Part shown: piece after piece, positions 61,361 to 64,000 of the stretch
How positions within the stretch are numbered: the stretch's first letter is position 1
Layout: every line of letters starts with the position of its first letter
Assembly: GCA_052426225.1 (NCBI GenBank)
Contig: JBNJNM010000008.1
Span: 558,001-622,000, forward strand
DNA length: 64,000 nucleotides
Origin: Zancudomyces culisetae HAW-14-8
Taxonomy: Eukaryota > Fungi > Kickxellomycota
Reading direction: 5' to 3'
Notes under the pieces: generated by a model
Database searches by the model: none
What the model saw: only the letters and a program-made list of their open reading frames with translations
What the model was told of the DNA's origin: nothing
Program-made: the position numbers and the translations under genes

Positions 61361-62322
61361 TCAGCCTTGGATATTCTGCACAGCATCTCTTAGTTCCTCT
61401 GACAATCTAACTAGTTGCACGGATGCATCTTGCCTTATATCAGCATCAGCATTAATATCTTTTTTTTCACTGATGGTTTTTTCAATCTGCTCAATAATGT
61501 GATACAGCCTATCGATCCTACCAGCCCTCAATACCCTACTCTCTTCATCACTAGCTTCTTGTTCGAAATCTACCTTATAACACCGTAAAAACTCGTGTGC
61601 CTCGACAAATTCTGTGCTGTTACTTACAATATACCATAGTGTGTGTACCAAACTCATAAAGTCCTTGTGGTAGCGATTCGGTATTTCAATATAATTTTGT
61701 CTCTCTTGTGCTTTTTTTATCCTAGAAATCAAATAATCCTTATTTCTCAAAATAATTTTCAACTGCTTTGCAAACGTGTGTATCTTTTCCAAGTGCGATT
61801 TCATAACCTCGTAATCTAATACAGCCTTGTTTTCCTCATAGTCTTTTTTTATTTCCCGGCAATACTTTTGCTATTTTGGTGGTGTTTGTGTGAGATAATC
61901 GACATCATAATCATATCAAGTACGCATGTACTGTCTCTAACTCACCTTTATGGCATTAAGATTGTCTGCTCTCCGTTTCTCCAACTCCTTTATAAATTCG
62001 TTTGCTTGTTCAAACTCAAGACTGTGTTCGTGTATTGCGAGTTCCTATGTATGATGTATTTCTAAATGATAAATTAATCGATACACACCTCTAAACTGAA
62101 TATAACAACAAATACAACAACAAACTTGTCCTACACTCAATCCCCTCGCTTCAAGAGCAACTGAGCCCATAGAAATTTGCTAATTCAATATGTTTAAAAT
62201 TCGACTGTATAAAGTACCGTTCCTTCTCATAGTAAAATATAAATTACCTCTACATTTAGACCAAGATCGCCCGCGGTGTCAATTCCATACTTTTCTGAGC
62301 CCGATTCCAATCCCAACTCCAT
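61361..62322 (-). CDS. Coiled-coil protein (245 aa), possibly augmin subunit HAUS2-like
   Basis: Exons 62322-62248, 62179-62126, 62044-61946 and 61870-61361, all phase 0 with GT/TAG boundaries. 'LEKIHTFAKQLKIILRNKDYLISRI......YIEIPNRYHKDF..L' resembles the HAUS2 core (recall only). Confidence 0.55.
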
Positions 62323-64000
62323 TTCTTAGAATCTAGTCTGGCTTCTTGGTGTTTGCTTATTTTTGTATGCTGTGTTTTTCTTTTTTTGGTTTTCCTCGAT
62401 TACACAATTATAAACCAAAGTGGAATAAATTGGAAAAAATCGGAAAAAAGATCCATTTGGACAAATTGGGACTAATAAATAATATTCATGGAAGTTAGGT
62501 AATGTCAATATTTGTCAATATTTGTCAAAATTCGTTTATTTTAAAGTGGTATAATCTTCCTGGTGACCAGATCCGCTATTGATTTGGTAAAAACTGCCAG
62601 ATTACATCTAAAACGTCGCACTTATGAAAAGGACTCAGCACCTATCTCTCCTACAGGATAAAGCATCTAATATCTACATGTAACTATATCTGTACCATAT
62701 TTGGTGGGTATGTTCCCTCTGTGCAACAAACGCTACTATCAAATCGATAAGAATAGATGCACTTCAACCCCAACCTGCCCCGCAAACGTTGAATGTGACA
62801 AAGTAAATGCAACGTGTATTACTGCCCCAATTATACGCTGAGTTGATTTTTCATGCTGCATAAACTGCAAAAACCGGCTCTCGTAGTCCACACCTCTACC
62901 AGGAAACGTTTATCCGCTGCAGAAGTGAAGAGTAGACACCAAGTAAGTAGCATCAGCAATAAATCGCAATTGGGTTTTTAATTGCTAACTGAAAAAGCAG
63001 CTTAATTATCAAAAACAAGATATTTTCCATTTTTGACTGTTCATGTATACATTCTACTGTTTTTGTGGAAATGACTACAAAAATGAGGTATGTGCGGCGA
63101 TGATAGGCCAACAATATACCATGCCAAATACCAACAATACCACTAATTCACTTGTATGAGGTTGAGCCAAGCCGCTTTACTGTTAGACAATTGGAATTTG
63201 CGAACTCATGACTGGACCTATTTATGCTGCTTCTGTGCTAAGAGCCGTTTAGAAGCATGGCCTGGGAATTGCAAAAGTGCGCATTACAACATATAACCCA
63301 CTCGTAAAGTTGGAAATCATGACAGGATTTGTGGAAATACTCTGCATTTATTCACATAAACGAACTCTCAAGCAAACACTAAAAGCTGGCGTGTATCTAG
63401 TTGGTCATGTGTGGGCAAGAGCATAACATATTCTATTCACGTGATATCTACTACACTCTAATTTCTCACTACAAGGACTTGCATATTAAATGTTGTAAAT
63501 GTTACCAATTGTATTTACACAAAGCAAACCATTTTGACCAATTGGTCACTTGAAACATTGGTCATATTATATTAAATAATTGCAAGAATATAAATCTTTT
63601 TTTTATCTTTTAGTAAAGACTGAAAGTCCGTAAATCATCGAAAATTGCCCCTTGCATATTTCGAACATATCAACCAGAATAAAAGTAACCAGAATTGGTA
63701 ATCTGTTGCTGGGAAATGCTCAACTTCCTAGATTGATTTAGATAACATTCAAAATCTTGTTTAATTCTCACCAGAGCTATTGAGAAAATAATATACGAAA
63801 ATGAACAATGCACCAATAGATAGTCTCTAAAAATATTGGAAACGCATCATCAAGAAACTTGTGGTTAGCCATTGGTATGAGCTTCATCAAAAAGTAAAAG
63901 TTTTACAGGTTTCCTGCGTCTAATTGGGAGGAAGAGGCTAAAAAAAAATGTTGGTGTACGGAAGAGGCGGAAGGCTATGAATGGGTCAGTTTCAGTAATA

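Noticed and set aside
62500-64000. Moderately GC-rich tail region with short frames (one Cys-rich)
   Set aside because: No frame over 60 aa with a start, and no motif, terminal repeats or splice-consistent model.
1-64000. CRISPR arrays, prokaryotic operons, rRNA/snRNA genes, transposase or reverse transcriptase ORFs
   Set aside because: None seen. The DNA is spliceosomal-intron eukaryotic, and the repeats are microsatellites without spacers.

Overview
AT-rich, gene-dense eukaryotic DNA with GT-AG introns. The gene content is fungal, and CARM1-like, ASCC1-like and HAUS2-like genes point to an early-diverging lineage. Zoopagomycota/Harpellales-like is my inference only. The ORF track uses TTG/GTG starts and ignores introns, so I rebuilt about 26 genes by hand. 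In order: partial scramblase-like gene, acidic orphan, small secreted Cys-rich protein, DUG1, YCII protein, LTN1/RKR1, CARM1-like PRMT, CCR4, RlpA/expansin-like protein, a tandem GPR1/FUN34 pair (one frameshifted), mitochondrial HMG-box protein, GH38 alpha-mannosidase, VPS5, a 4-exon gene missed by the ORF track, QCR2, a secreted Ala-rich protein, ERG20, PPM1, COA4, ASCC1-like, long-chain acyl-CoA synthetase, SNF5, VPS37-like, VMA13 and HAUS2-like. No tRNA, rRNA, CRISPR array or recognisable transposon was found. Most notable observations: (1) a catalytically intact GH38 mannosidase with a ~200-aa, four-transmembrane insertion inside its C-terminal domain; (2) 3' splice sites are almost all TAG, often A-rich, and never CAG (0 of 26), and a textbook CAG in CCR4 leads to a stop codon immediately followed by ATG; (3) a purine/pyrimidine strand-skew flip inside SNF5; (4) a hidden gene whose CDS overlaps the end of VPS5.
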